DNA of 64,000 nt from an uncultured Clostridia bacterium (GTDB lineage: Bacteria > Bacillota > Clostridia > Oscillospirales > CAG-272): assembly GCA_946407735.1 (NCBI GenBank), contig CAMJPL010000009.1, forward strand, positions 14,847 through 78,846, in the 5' to 3' direction. The translations under genes and the position numbers were made by a program. Within the stretch, counting starts at the first letter, position 1, and each line of letters begins with the position of its first letter. Below the pieces are notes generated by a model. It was not told the origin of the DNA. It worked only from the letters and a program-made list of their open reading frames with translations, and searched no databases. Shown piece by piece: positions 48,044 to 57,845 of this stretch.

Positions 48044-49537
48044 TCATTCTCCGGCGTTCAGGGCCTTTTCTATCGCCTTGTTCACCTTCTTCTCCATCTT
48101 CTCGAGATACGAGGCGACAGGCTTGCCCTGCACGAAGACGTCGTTCGTGAACGGGCCTCTGATCTCGTTGAACCAGACGGTGTCGGCGAGGTCGATCATC
48201 TTGTTGGTCTGGACGATGTCCAGCATCTCGAGCGTATCGTCGTCGCGGATGAACTTGTTCTTCAGCGCGTCCTCATAGTACGCCGGGATGATGTAGTTCT
48301 TGGTGCCGATGGCGAGCTCCTCGAGTATCGCGCTGACGAATTCGGTGTCGGCGCAGTGGGTGGGGACGTTCAGGAGCCATCCGTCGGCTATGCGGGAGTA
48401 GTAGTCCTTCTGACTTTCGTCGTATTTCGGCAGCGGCACTATGCCGAAGTCATCCTCCATCGCGCGGAAGGCCGACGCCGTGCCGAAGCCTCCCATGTAG
48501 TAGAGCGCCTGGCCGTTTATGTAATACTGCCGTCCGACGGCGCGCTCGTTCTCGTCAAATTTTCCCTTGAGGAAGCTGTCCCAGTAGAAGCCGTCGGTGT
48601 CGAAGTATGTGTACATCTTCTCGATCAGCGACGCGAACTTCTCGTTGCCGAGGGCGGCGAAATACGGGATGTCGTTTTCGTCCTTCTTTATTATCATCAT
48701 GTCGGCGCCGATCCACAGCGGCGGGATATAGCCGTCGTACTCGCCGACGTCGGCGAAGACGTCCCCGCCGTCGGGCGTGAACACGCCGTCGCCGTTGACG
48801 TCGCTTATCGCCGCCATCCCGTTTTCGTAGTATCTGTCAAGCGTCCATTTCCCGCCCCGCACGTCGTCGTAGGGCGAGCTGAGACCTAAGGTCTCGGCGA
48901 TATGCTTGTTGAAGAAGACGGCGCAGGCTCCGGTGAAGGTGCCCATGCACTCGTCGGTGTAGAAGATGTAATAGTTGTTGTCGATCCGAAGCGCGTCGTT
49001 TACGAATCTGACGTACCACGGGCTGTCAAGATCGGCGTACGGCAGAGAGCTCACTGGCAGTACGTATCCCTGAAGCGCGAGCGAGAAGGCGTCGCGCATG
49101 ATCAGGCGGCAGACGTCGAAGTCGTCGGACGACGCCATGACGCTCTTTTTGAAGGTCGACGTAAGCTCGCTGTAGCTCGCCATCGGGATGTAGCTGTCGC
49201 TGATCTTGATATTGTACTTTTCCTCGATTATGAGGTTGCGCTTGTACTGCGCGTCGTCGACGATATCGCCGGTCTGTTCCGGCATCTCGACGGGATCGCT
49301 GTCGCTTGTTATGACGCGGAAGGTCCGGCCGCCGTAGTCCTTTACGGCGATGGTATCGAGACTGTAGAGCGAGGTTGTCTCCTCCTCGGTCTCGTCAGGA
49401 GTGTTTTCCCCTGCCTGCGGCGCGTCCGTTGCCGACGCCGGAGTATCGGCGCCGGATGAGCCGCAGGACGATGCCGCGGCCGCTGAGAGCGCGAGGATCG
49501 CGGCGAGCAAGAGCGATGAAAGACGCATAGGTTTCAT
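48044..49537 (-). CDS. ABC solute-binding lipoprotein, paralog 4
   Basis: GAGGGG RBS. Lipobox AASSC. Family motifs DYGGRTF, GDIVDDAQYKRN, FFNK, GKWTLDR, DVNGDG and AYYEDALKNK. Confidence 0.85.
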   Translation of the reverse strand: MKPMRLSSLLLAAILALSAAAASSCGSSGADTPASATDAPQAGENTPDETEEETTSLYSLDTIAVKDYGGRTFRVITSDSDPVEMPEQTGDIVDDAQYKRNLIIEEKYNIKISDSYIPMASYSELTSTFKKSVMASSDDFDVCRLIMRDAFSLALQGYVLPVSSLPYADLDSPWYVRFVNDALRIDNNYYIFYTDECMGTFTGACAVFFNKHIAETLGLSSPYDDVRGGKWTLDRYYENGMAAISDVNGDGVFTPDGGDVFADVGEYDGYIPPLWIGADMMIIKKDENDIPYFAALGNEKFASLIEKMYTYFDTDGFYWDSFLKGKFDENERAVGRQYYINGQALYYMGGFGTASAFRAMEDDFGIVPLPKYDESQKDYYSRIADGWLLNVPTHCADTEFVSAILEELAIGTKNYIIPAYYEDALKNKFIRDDDTLEMLDIVQTNKMIDLADTVWFNEIRGPFTNDVFVQGKPVASYLEKMEKKVNKAIEKALNAGE

Positions 49538-49571
49538 ATAATTTTCCCCTCATAGTTATTAATCGCGTTGT

Positions 49572-50372
49572 TTATCCGAATACGCTGACGATGTCGGTGA
49601 GATGCGTGAAGGCGAGGACGGTCAGCACTACCAGAGCCACCGCGATCACCAGCCGTATCACCCATTTGATGACAAGGTTCTGTTTTCCCGTCTGCGGCTT
49701 GTCTCCGCTATCCGGCCTCTGCGCCTTCATCCGGCCGATGTCGGCGGCGATGAATATTCCGGCGTCGATCAGCGCCTCTACGATGAAGGCTATGCCGATG
49801 ATCTTGACGGTGCCGATCTCCCCTCCCGGTATCACGATGACGAGGATCCCGACGGCGGCCGACAGATACGCCGACACCGCGAGCGGGAACCATATCCGCC
49901 GCATCGCCGGTATCAGCCGGAGCTTGACCACCCCGAGCAGACACAGCACCGAGCCGAAGAACACCGGGATCAGCTCGATGATTATGCCGGCCTTCGCGAG
50001 CGAGGCTATCCCGAGGATAATGAACCACGTCCCGGTGTAAATCGCGTAATTCAGCCGCTGCTCGCGGTCGCGCCCGCGGCTCTGGCGCGGAGCGCTCATG
50101 CCGAACACCATCAGTATGCCGGATATCACGAAGACGGCGCAGACGAGATATGCGAGAGCCTGCGCGAAGAAGCTTGCCGCGATGATCATCACGGCGCCTA
50201 TCAGCGCGGCGAAGACGGGAACTATGTATTTGAACCTGTCCTCCGGGAGACGGTTTGACAGCAGCTCGTCGGGAGACCGCTTCTGCGGCGGATCCTCCGC
50301 CTTTACGTCTGCCGGGCGCGCCGGCACGTCGGCTATCGGCCTGCCGGTTTCCGGATCGAATTTGTTTGCCAT
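49572..50372 (-). CDS. polytopic membrane protein (DUF308/HdeD-like)
   Basis: AAGGGG RBS. Pro-rich cytoplasmic N-terminus followed by ~7 predicted TM helices. First gene of the SBP operon. Not an ABC permease (no EAA loop). Confidence 0.55.
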   Translation of the reverse strand: MANKFDPETGRPIADVPARPADVKAEDPPQKRSPDELLSNRLPEDRFKYIVPVFAALIGAVMIIAASFFAQALAYLVCAVFVISGILMVFGMSAPRQSRGRDREQRLNYAIYTGTWFIILGIASLAKAGIIIELIPVFFGSVLCLLGVVKLRLIPAMRRIWFPLAVSAYLSAAVGILVIVIPGGEIGTVKIIGIAFIVEALIDAGIFIAADIGRMKAQRPDSGDKPQTGKQNLVIKWVIRLVIAVALVVLTVLAFTHLTDIVSVFG

Positions 50373-50420
50373 GGCGTTATGCCCCTTGTTCAGCTTTTCG
50401 TATGTTTATGCGTTCAATAT

Positions 50421-50449
50421 ATTATATAATAAAAATTTCCCCGTGTCAA
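50421..50449 (-). promoter_or_regulatory. consensus promoter TTGACA-N17-TATAAT for the DUF308-SBP4-SBP3 operon
   Basis: The minus strand has TTGACA (50449..50444), a 17-nt spacer and TATAAT (50426..50421), ~50 nt upstream of the ATG at 50372. Confidence 0.7.
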
Positions 50450-50503
50450 GTATAATCGGGAACAACGCCGCCGAAGCGCCCGGGTTTGTTTACACGATGT
50501 TCA

Positions 50504-50532
50504 TTGAAATCCCGCCGCGATTATAGTATAAT
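50504..50532 (+). promoter_or_regulatory. promoter TTGAAA-N17-TATAAT for the GT4-CsaB gene
   Basis: TTGAAA at 50504..50509, a 17-nt spacer and TATAAT at 50527..50532. Divergent from the promoter at 50421..50449. Confidence 0.6.
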
Positions 50533-50617
50533 GAAAAAAGAAGCATATCATTCAAAGGCGTTTTTCGGGAGAGGCTTTTTCCCGTCCTTTTCCCGGCACT
50601 GACTTATCTTACTTCAA

Positions 50618-52864
50618 ATGAACATTCTGATGGCAACCATGTCGCTCGGCATCGGCGGCGCTGAGACGCATATCGTGGAGCTCTCGAAGGAGCTCGTCCG
50701 CCGCGGCCACAGCGTCACGATCGTGTCTGACGGAGGGGACTACGTCCCCTCGCTTGAAGGCACCGGCGTGGAGCATGTCAGGCTCCCGCTCGATTCCAAG
50801 CGCCCGGACCGGGCTGTCAGGGCCTATTTCGGCGTGAAGAAGCTGATAAAGGAGCGCCGGTTCGACGTCGTCCACTCGCATTCACGCATCTCGTCGTTCA
50901 TCTGCTCCCGCGCCTGCGAAAGGCTGGGCGTGCGCTTCGTGACGACCTGCCACGGCGTCTACGACATGAACGCGGCATGGCGCCGTCTTTCGAGATGGGG
51001 GCTTTATTCGCTGGCGGTAAGCTACGACACGAAGGATTATCTTATCCGCGAGTACGGCATACCCGGCGACTGCGTCGAGCTGACGATAAACGGCATCGAC
51101 ACTTCACGCTTCTCGCCGATGCCGCCGGAAAAGTCGCCGGAGGGCGTTCGCGCCGATTCGGCGCACCGCGTCGTCTATGTCAGCCGCATCGACGACGCCT
51201 CGGCGCATGTCGCCTTCATGCTCGCCGAAAAGGCGGCGGAGCTGGCTGCCGAATACCCCGACATCGAGATAGACATCATCGGCGGCGGCGACGCCTATGA
51301 CCGCCTCAGAGCCGAGGCCGAAAAGGCGAACGCGGCTGTCGGCCGCGAGGCCGTCCGCGCCGTCGGCTCCGTCACCGACGTCGAGAACTATCTCCGCGCC
51401 GGAAAGCGTGAAAATACCGTCTTCGTCGGTGTCTCGCGCGCGGCGCTCGAGGCGATGGCGTGCGGGCTGCCGACCGTGCTCGCCGGAAGTCAGGGATATC
51501 TCGGCATCTTCGATCAGGATACGGTGCGTGACGCGCTCGACACGAATCTCTGCGGCAGGGGAAGGGCCCTGCCGGACGCCGCGACCGTCGCGTCGGACAT
51601 AAAGCGCCTGTTTTCGATGACGGACGAAAAAAGACTGGCGCTCGGCGCCTTCGGAAGGGCTTTCGTAAGGAAGCATTTCACGGTCGGGCGTATGGCCGAC
51701 GACGCCGAGGCGCTGTACAACCGCGTCCGTCCGTTCAGGCCGAGATACAAGGGCGAGGCCGACGTCATGCTCGTCGGCTATTACGGCTTCGGAAACATCG
51801 GCGACGACAGCCTGCTCTGGCAGATAACCGGGTCGCTAAAGGCGCTTTCTCCCGATCTCGACATCATTGTCCTCGCCCATCGGCCGAAGAACATATCGTC
51901 GCACGGAGCGGTGAGGGCGGTCGGCAGATTCAGGCTGCTCACTATAAAAAAGCTGATGCGCCGCACCTCGCTGCTGATAAACGGTGGCGGTTCGCTTCTG
52001 CAGAATTCCACCTCGATGAGGTCGCTGTATTATTACACCTATATCATAAATTCCGCCAAGAGAGCCGGCATGAAGGTCATGCTGTACGGCTCCGGCATAG
52101 GTCCACTCACCGGAGAGCGCGCACGCTCGGCGGCATCTGCGGCTCTCAGGGGGATAGACGCCGTCACGCTGAGAGACGAGGGCTCGCTTTCGCTGCTTAA
52201 GTCGCTCGACACCGGCGCGGCCGGGGAGACGGCGGCCGTCACGGCCGATCCGGCCATGCTGCTCGAGCCGTGCGACGGCGGATGGCTCGATTATCTGATG
52301 TCAAAGCAGGGGATAAAGGCCGACGAGACCTTTACCGTGTCGCTGCGCGGGCTTATCCCCGGCGAGCACGATCAGGACATCAACGAAAGGATCCTGACTG
52401 CCGTGAAGAGCATCGCCGCCGCAACGTCACTTACGCCGGTGTTCATGCCGCTGCAGCAGAAGCAGGACCTCGAGCTGAACAGGCGGGCGGCGAAGGAAAC
52501 GGGCGGGCGGCTCGTCTGCGGCCTGACGCCACGGGAGACGCGCGCCTTCGCGGCGAAGACGCGGTTCGTCATATCCATGCGCCTGCATCTCATGATCTAC
52601 GCCTTCTCCGCCGGGACGCCGGTGATAGGATTTTCCTGCGACCCGAAGATAGAGGCTCTCGCCCGTCAGACCGGGTGCGGCGTCATCATGCCGATGAAAG
52701 GCTTTTCGCCCGACGCCCTCGCGCGTGAGTCCGGGAGGATAAACGCCGAGCGGGATGAGCTTTCAAAGATCATGCTCCGCAGCGCCGGACCGCTCAGGAG
52801 CCGCGCGTCGTCCGACGCTCCGCTCGCGCTCGAGATCCTTATGAAAAACCGCCGAAGGGTCTAA
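50618..52864 (+). CDS. csaB: fusion protein: GT4 glycosyltransferase + CsaB-type polysaccharide pyruvyl transferase
   Basis: N-terminal half: MNILMATMSLGIGGAETHIVEL.. and E..ACGLPTV (GT4). C-terminal half: MLVGYYGFGNIGDDSLL, LINGGGSLLQNSTS and MRLHLMIYA (CsaB/pyruvyl transferase). No obvious SD. Confidence 0.8.
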   Translation: MNILMATMSLGIGGAETHIVELSKELVRRGHSVTIVSDGGDYVPSLEGTGVEHVRLPLDSKRPDRAVRAYFGVKKLIKERRFDVVHSHSRISSFICSRACERLGVRFVTTCHGVYDMNAAWRRLSRWGLYSLAVSYDTKDYLIREYGIPGDCVELTINGIDTSRFSPMPPEKSPEGVRADSAHRVVYVSRIDDASAHVAFMLAEKAAELAAEYPDIEIDIIGGGDAYDRLRAEAEKANAAVGREAVRAVGSVTDVENYLRAGKRENTVFVGVSRAALEAMACGLPTVLAGSQGYLGIFDQDTVRDALDTNLCGRGRALPDAATVASDIKRLFSMTDEKRLALGAFGRAFVRKHFTVGRMADDAEALYNRVRPFRPRYKGEADVMLVGYYGFGNIGDDSLLWQITGSLKALSPDLDIIVLAHRPKNISSHGAVRAVGRFRLLTIKKLMRRTSLLINGGGSLLQNSTSMRSLYYYTYIINSAKRAGMKVMLYGSGIGPLTGERARSAASAALRGIDAVTLRDEGSLSLLKSLDTGAAGETAAVTADPAMLLEPCDGGWLDYLMSKQGIKADETFTVSLRGLIPGEHDQDINERILTAVKSIAAATSLTPVFMPLQQKQDLELNRRAAKETGGRLVCGLTPRETRAFAAKTRFVISMRLHLMIYAFSAGTPVIGFSCDPKIEALARQTGCGVIMPMKGFSPDALARESGRINAERDELSKIMLRSAGPLRSRASSDAPLALEILMKNRRRV

Positions 52865-53006
52865 TATTTACATGAGTTTAACAAATCATGCTCCGATTGG
52901 TTTATAATTTAGGAGTATTATAAAATAAAGATAGCTTTCCGCTATCAGCCGTACGGGGCAGGGCGGGGAGCGCGATCAGAGGAATGTTTTCCGGAGGTTT
53001 CAGTTT

Positions 53007-55331
53007 TTGGCTAATCTGGTCATAATGGAGTCACCCGCCAAGGCGTCCACGGTAAAGGGCTACCTTGGCTCGTCATATAAGGTAGTTGCGTCGAAGGGGC
53101 ATGTGAGGGATCTCCCGAAATCCACGCTCGGCGTCGACATCGAGAACGGCTTCGAGCCGAAATACATAAATATCAGAGGCAAGGGCGAGCTCATAAAAGA
53201 GCTGCGCAGGGACGCGAAGAACGCCGGCAAGGTCTATCTCATGACGGACCCCGACCGGGAGGGGGAGGCCATCGCCTGGCATCTCGCCAACACCCTCGGC
53301 ATCCCGGTGGATCAGGCCCTTCGCGTCTCGGTGAACGAGATAACGAAGAACAAGGTCAAGGAGGCCGTGAAAAAGCCTCGCCATATCGATATGGACCTTG
53401 TCAACGCGCAGCAGACCCGCCGCATCCTCGACAGGATCGTCGGCTACAAGCTGAGCCCGTATCTCTGGAAGAGCGTAAGATCCGGCCTTTCGGCCGGGCG
53501 CGTGCAGTCGGTCGCTGCGAGGATGATAGTCGACCGCGAGCGCGAGATAAGGGCGTTCGTGCCGGAGGAATACTGGACGATAGACGCCTCGCTGACGGCG
53601 TCGTCCGGCGAGCTCTTCACGGCTAGATTCTGGGGCGAGCTCCCCGAGGGCGGCGCTCCCCGCGCCGTCGAGCTTAAAAACAGCGGCGACGCTGATAAGA
53701 TAGTCGATTTCTGCAGAGGACGCGATTTCACCGTCACGTCGGTGAAGAAGGCCGCCAAGGCGAAGAACCCGGCGCCGCCCTTCACCACCTCCACCCTTCT
53801 CGTCGAGGCGGCGAGAAAGCTCGGCTTCCAGTCCCAGCGCATTATGAAGACGGCGCAGGAGCTGTACGAGGGTATGGATCTCGGCCCCGAGAACGGCGGC
53901 TCGCACGGTCTTATCACCTACATGAGGACCGACTCCACACGCGTCTCCGACGAGGCCGCCGCCGCGGCGAAAGAACTGATCCTCGACAGATACGGCGAGA
54001 AATACTTCCCGTCGTCCCAGCGGCAGTATAAGACCGACGCCGGGGCTCAGGACGCCCATGAGGCGATCCGCCCCTCCGATCCCGCCATACTCCCCGAGGC
54101 GGTCAAGGGACGCCTCACACAGGATCAGTACAGGCTCTACAAGCTCATATGGAGCCGCTTCATAGCCTCCCAGATGTCGTCGGCGATACTCGACACGGTG
54201 TCCGCCGAGATAATGTGCGGCAGCTATATATTCCGCGCCTCCGGCTATACCGTCGGCTTCAAGGGATATATGACCGTCTACGAGGAGAGCGAGCAGGCGG
54301 AGGACGAGGACAGGACGAAGCCCGACAGCGGCGACAAGCCTTCGAAGACGCTCCTTCCCGAGCTTTCGCAGGGCGATAGGCTGAAGGCCGCCGACGTCAT
54401 CCCTCAGCAGCATTTCACCGAGCCGCCTCCGAGATACACCGAGGCCTCGCTGATAAAGCGCTTCAAGGAGCTCGGCATCGGCCGCCCGTCGACATGGACG
54501 CCGATAATCACGACGATAATCTCGCGCGGGTACGTCACCCGCGAGGGCAAATCGCTTCTGCCTACGCCTCTCGGCGAGACGACGACGGAGCTCATGGAGA
54601 AGAATTTCGAGGACGTCGTCGATTACAGGTTCACCGCCAATATGGAGAATGAGCTCGACGACATCGAGAACGGCACCCGCACCATGCAGGACGTTCTCGG
54701 CGCCTTCTACTCCGGCTTCTCCCGCGATCTCGATCAGGCGCAGAAGAATCTCGGCGGGGAAAAGGCCGAGGTCGCGCCCGAGATGACCGATCTCATCTGC
54801 GAGAAGTGCGGGGCGAGGATGATAGTGAAGACCGGCCGATTCGGCCGCTTCGCCGCCTGCCCGAACTACCCGAAATGCCGCAACACCAAGCCCCTCGGCG
54901 ACGACGGAAAGCCCGCCGAGACGGTACCGGCGCCCGACGGCATCAAGTGCGAGGTCTGCGGCTCGCCGATGATCGTAAAGACGGGACGCTGGGGCAGCTT
55001 CTACGCCTGCTCGCGCTATCCCGACTGCAAATACACGAAGAGGATAGAGAAGGAGATCGGCGTCAAATGCCCCGACTGCGGCGGCGAGCTCGTCGTCAGG
55101 CGCGGCAAGAGCAAGCGGGTCTTCTACGGCTGCTCGAACTACCCGACCTGCACCTTCGCGTCGTACGATCTGCCGACGAGCGAGAAATGCCCGGTATGCG
55201 GCGACATGCTGATGGCGAAGCGCGGCAGGAGCGCGAAGCTCGTCTGCCGCAATAAGGACTGCGGCTATTCCCGCCCGGACGACCGTCCCGAGGCGAAGAA
55301 GCCTCAGTCGGGAGACGAATCCGATGAGTGA
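53007..55331 (+). CDS. topA: DNA topoisomerase I
   Basis: TTG start after [15 protein letters not shown], Toprim DPDREGEAI, active-site region YMRTDS, and four C-terminal CxxC zinc ribbons. Confidence 0.95.
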   Translation: MANLVIMESPAKASTVKGYLGSSYKVVASKGHVRDLPKSTLGVDIENGFEPKYINIRGKGELIKELRRDAKNAGKVYLMTDPDREGEAIAWHLANTLGIPVDQALRVSVNEITKNKVKEAVKKPRHIDMDLVNAQQTRRILDRIVGYKLSPYLWKSVRSGLSAGRVQSVAARMIVDREREIRAFVPEEYWTIDASLTASSGELFTARFWGELPEGGAPRAVELKNSGDADKIVDFCRGRDFTVTSVKKAAKAKNPAPPFTTSTLLVEAARKLGFQSQRIMKTAQELYEGMDLGPENGGSHGLITYMRTDSTRVSDEAAAAAKELILDRYGEKYFPSSQRQYKTDAGAQDAHEAIRPSDPAILPEAVKGRLTQDQYRLYKLIWSRFIASQMSSAILDTVSAEIMCGSYIFRASGYTVGFKGYMTVYEESEQAEDEDRTKPDSGDKPSKTLLPELSQGDRLKAADVIPQQHFTEPPPRYTEASLIKRFKELGIGRPSTWTPIITTIISRGYVTREGKSLLPTPLGETTTELMEKNFEDVVDYRFTANMENELDDIENGTRTMQDVLGAFYSGFSRDLDQAQKNLGGEKAEVAPEMTDLICEKCGARMIVKTGRFGRFAACPNYPKCRNTKPLGDDGKPAETVPAPDGIKCEVCGSPMIVKTGRWGSFYACSRYPDCKYTKRIEKEIGVKCPDCGGELVVRRGKSKRVFYGCSNYPTCTFASYDLPTSEKCPVCGDMLMAKRGRSAKLVCRNKDCGYSRPDDRPEAKKPQSGDESDE

Positions 55332-56673
55332 AGCCGCCCTCATCGTCGCCGGAGCCGGGCTTGCCGGATGCGAGGCGGCGTGGCAGGCGGCGCAGCGCGG
55401 GATAAGCGTTCGTCTTATCGAGATGAAGCCGGAAAAATACACCCCGGCTCACAGATCGCCGATGTATTCCGAGCTTGTCTGCTCGAATTCGCTCCGCGCC
55501 GCCGCCATCACAAACGCGGTCGGCCTCCTCAAGGAGGAGATGCGGCGGATCGGCTCGCTCATAATCGAGGCTGCCGATCACACCTCGGTCCCGGCGGGCG
55601 GCGCTCTCGCCGTGGACAGGGATAAGTTCTCGGCGTATATCACAGATAAGATAAAAAATCATCCGAATATTACTACCGAGACGGCGGAGCTCACCGAGAT
55701 CCCCGACGCTCCGGCGATAATAGCCACCGGCCCGCTCACGTCGGACGCGCTCGCCGGAAAGATAGCCGGGCTGTGCGGCGGCGGACTGCATTTTTACGAC
55801 GCCGTCGCGCCCATCGTCGACGCCTCGAGCGTCGATATGGATAAGGCGTTCTTCGCGTCGAGATGGGGAGAAGGTGAAGGAGAATACCTCAACTGCCCGA
55901 TGCAGAAGGACGAGTACGAGGCCTTCTACGAGGCGCTCGTCTCGGCTGAAACGGCTCAGCTTCACGATTTCGACACCCCCGACACCGACAAGGACGGCAG
56001 GCTGAAGGTCTTCGACGGCTGCATGCCGATAGAGGAGATGGCAAGGCGCGGGCGCGACACGATCCGCTTCGGTCCGCTCAAGCCCGTCGGGATAAGCCGT
56101 CCCGGCACTGGGGAGAGATATTACGCCGTCGTCCAGCTGAGAGCCGAGAACGCCGAGGGGACAATGTACAACATCGTAGGCTTCCAGACGCATCTCACCT
56201 GGCCGGAGCAGAAGCGGGTGTTCCGCATGATTCCCGGGCTTGAAGACGCCGAGTTCCTTCGCTACGGCGTCATGCACCGCAACACCTTCATCGACTCGCC
56301 GAAGCTGCTCGATCCCACCTTCCGCATGAGAGACCGCGAAGGACTGCGCTTCGCCGGGCAGATGACCGGAGTCGAGGGATATGTTGAGTCGGCTATGAGC
56401 GGCATGGTATGCGGCATCGAGTCGGCGAGGGAGCTGCGCGGCATGGAGCCTTTTATATTCCCCCGCGAGACGATGACCGGCGCGATGTCGGCCTATATAA
56501 GCGAGGGCGGCGTCGGGTCTTTCCAGCCGATGAACGCGAATTTCGCTCTCATCCCGCTCGATATGACCGGCTGGGACAAAAAGAAGCGCCACGACAAGAA
56601 GGCTCGCGCCGAAATGAGGGCCGAATCGGCTCTCGCGGCTCTCGAAGCCGTGATCGGCGAGATAAAAAAATAA
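55324..56673 (+). CDS. trmFO: methylenetetrahydrofolate--tRNA-(uracil54-C5)-methyltransferase
   Basis: [17 protein letters not shown] motif, ELVCSNSLR, and full-length TrmFO/Gid similarity. Overlaps topA by 8 nt. Confidence 0.95.
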   Translation: MSEAALIVAGAGLAGCEAAWQAAQRGISVRLIEMKPEKYTPAHRSPMYSELVCSNSLRAAAITNAVGLLKEEMRRIGSLIIEAADHTSVPAGGALAVDRDKFSAYITDKIKNHPNITTETAELTEIPDAPAIIATGPLTSDALAGKIAGLCGGGLHFYDAVAPIVDASSVDMDKAFFASRWGEGEGEYLNCPMQKDEYEAFYEALVSAETAQLHDFDTPDTDKDGRLKVFDGCMPIEEMARRGRDTIRFGPLKPVGISRPGTGERYYAVVQLRAENAEGTMYNIVGFQTHLTWPEQKRVFRMIPGLEDAEFLRYGVMHRNTFIDSPKLLDPTFRMRDREGLRFAGQMTGVEGYVESAMSGMVCGIESARELRGMEPFIFPRETMTGAMSAYISEGGVGSFQPMNANFALIPLDMTGWDKKKRHDKKARAEMRAESALAALEAVIGEIKK

Positions 56674-56691
56674 AACATAACATATACCTGT

Positions 56692-56771
56692 ATAGAAGTC
56701 TTTGAGGAAAGAGGGGGTATGGGGAGAGAACCCCTTTCCTCAGAAAGGGGTTCTCTCCCCCGCAAATAAAC
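56692..56771 (+). repeat. copy C of the G-rich palindromic element (opposite genomic orientation to A and B, but co-oriented with local transcription)
   Basis: ATAGAAGTCTTTGAGGAAAGAGGGGGTAT + perfect 18-bp hairpin GGGGAGAGAACCCCTTTC-ctca-GAAAGGGGTTCTCTCCCC + CGCAAATAAAC. It lies 18 nt after the trmFO stop and 9 nt before the plsX ATG. Confidence 0.75.
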
Positions 56772-56780
56772 TCATTCGTC

Positions 56781-57845
56781 ATGAAAATCATCTTGGACGC
56801 CATGGGCGGCGACAACGCGCCGCTCGAGGTAATAAAAGGGGCGGTTATGGCCGCCGCGGAATACGACGCCGTCATCGTGCTCGTCGGTCAGACTGAGACG
56901 ATAAAGCAGTGCGCCTCGGAGAACGGGCTTAAGATCGAACCCGAAGGGGACGGCCCGCGGAAGATAGAGATAGTCGAGGCTCCCGACATAATAACCATGG
57001 AGGATCCGGCGCTGTCGGTGAGAACGAAGCGTGAATCGAGCATGGCGGTCGGGCTTCACCTTCTCAAGGACGGAGGCGGCGACGCCTTCGTCTCGGCGGG
57101 CAACACCGGCGCTCTTTACGCCGGAGCGTCGCTCATCGTCGGAAGGATCAAGGGCTTCCGCAAGGCCGCAATCGCCACCGTGATGCCGTTCACCGATCCC
57201 ACGCTTCTCATCGACTCGGGTGCAAACGTCTCGGTGTCCGCCGAGAACCTGCTCCAGTTCGCTCATATGGGCTCGGTCTATATGGAAAACGTGCTCGGAG
57301 TGCAAAGCCCGCGCGTCGGGCTGCTCAACAACGGCACCGAGCCTCACAAGGGCACCGACATGATGATAGAGGCTCATAAGCTGATATCGTCCGACCCGCA
57401 GATAAACTTCATCGGCAACGTCGAGGCGAAGACGGTGCCGTCCGGCGGCTGCGACGTGCTCGTCACCGACGGCTTCACCGGCAACATCTTCCTCAAGCTC
57501 ACCGAGGGACTCGGATCGCTTCTGTTCGGCCGCATCAAGGCCATGTATAAAAAGAATGCCCTGACGAAGCTGTCGGCGGCGATGGTGATGAAGGACATGA
57601 AGGCGATGAAGAAGGAGTTCGACGCCTCGGAGTACGGCGGGGCCCCGATCCTAGGCATCTCGAAGCCGGTCATCAAGACCCACGGTTCGTCGGACGCCCT
57701 CGAGGTGAAGAACGCGGTGCGTCAGGCGATATCCTATGTGAACTCCGGCGTCATCATGCGTCTCGCCGAGTCTGTCGGAGCCGCGTCTCCGGCGCAGCCT
57801 GCCGCGCCGCAGCCGGCAGCGCCTCAGCCGGAGGATAAGCAATGA
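56781..57845 (+). CDS. plsX: phosphate acyltransferase PlsX
   Basis: MKIILDAMGGDNAP and GNTGA motifs. Low-complexity AAPQPAAPQP tail. No SD upstream. Confidence 0.95.
   Translation: MKIILDAMGGDNAPLEVIKGAVMAAAEYDAVIVLVGQTETIKQCASENGLKIEPEGDGPRKIEIVEAPDIITMEDPALSVRTKRESSMAVGLHLLKDGGGDAFVSAGNTGALYAGASLIVGRIKGFRKAAIATVMPFTDPTLLIDSGANVSVSAENLLQFAHMGSVYMENVLGVQSPRVGLLNNGTEPHKGTDMMIEAHKLISSDPQINFIGNVEAKTVPSGGCDVLVTDGFTGNIFLKLTEGLGSLLFGRIKAMYKKNALTKLSAAMVMKDMKAMKKEFDASEYGGAPILGISKPVIKTHGSSDALEVKNAVRQAISYVNSGVIMRLAESVGAASPAQPAAPQPAAPQPEDKQ

Noticed and set aside
53073-55442. 789-aa uninterrupted ORF antisense to topA. Similar long antisense ORFs lie opposite msmX (20382..21647), fhs (22499..23920), trmFO (55096..56592), tcdA/GH29 (18302..19318), comF (21697..22986), the oxidoreductase (45362..46375), SBP3/SBP4 (46507..47817, 47861..48889) and GH51/AKR (32046..33476).
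   Set aside because: Their products are Arg/Gly/Ala/Pro-rich and low-complexity, with no RBS and no recognisable domains. In GC-rich genes the sense codons whose complements are stops (TTA, CTA, TCA) are rare, so long open antisense frames are expected. The sense-strand genes are unambiguous.
57780-57840. Short tandem nucleotide repeat (GCGCCGCAGCCGGCA-like) at the plsX 3' end.
   Set aside because: It is a two-unit in-frame repeat encoding the AAPQPAAPQP low-complexity tail. It is not a CRISPR or VNTR array.
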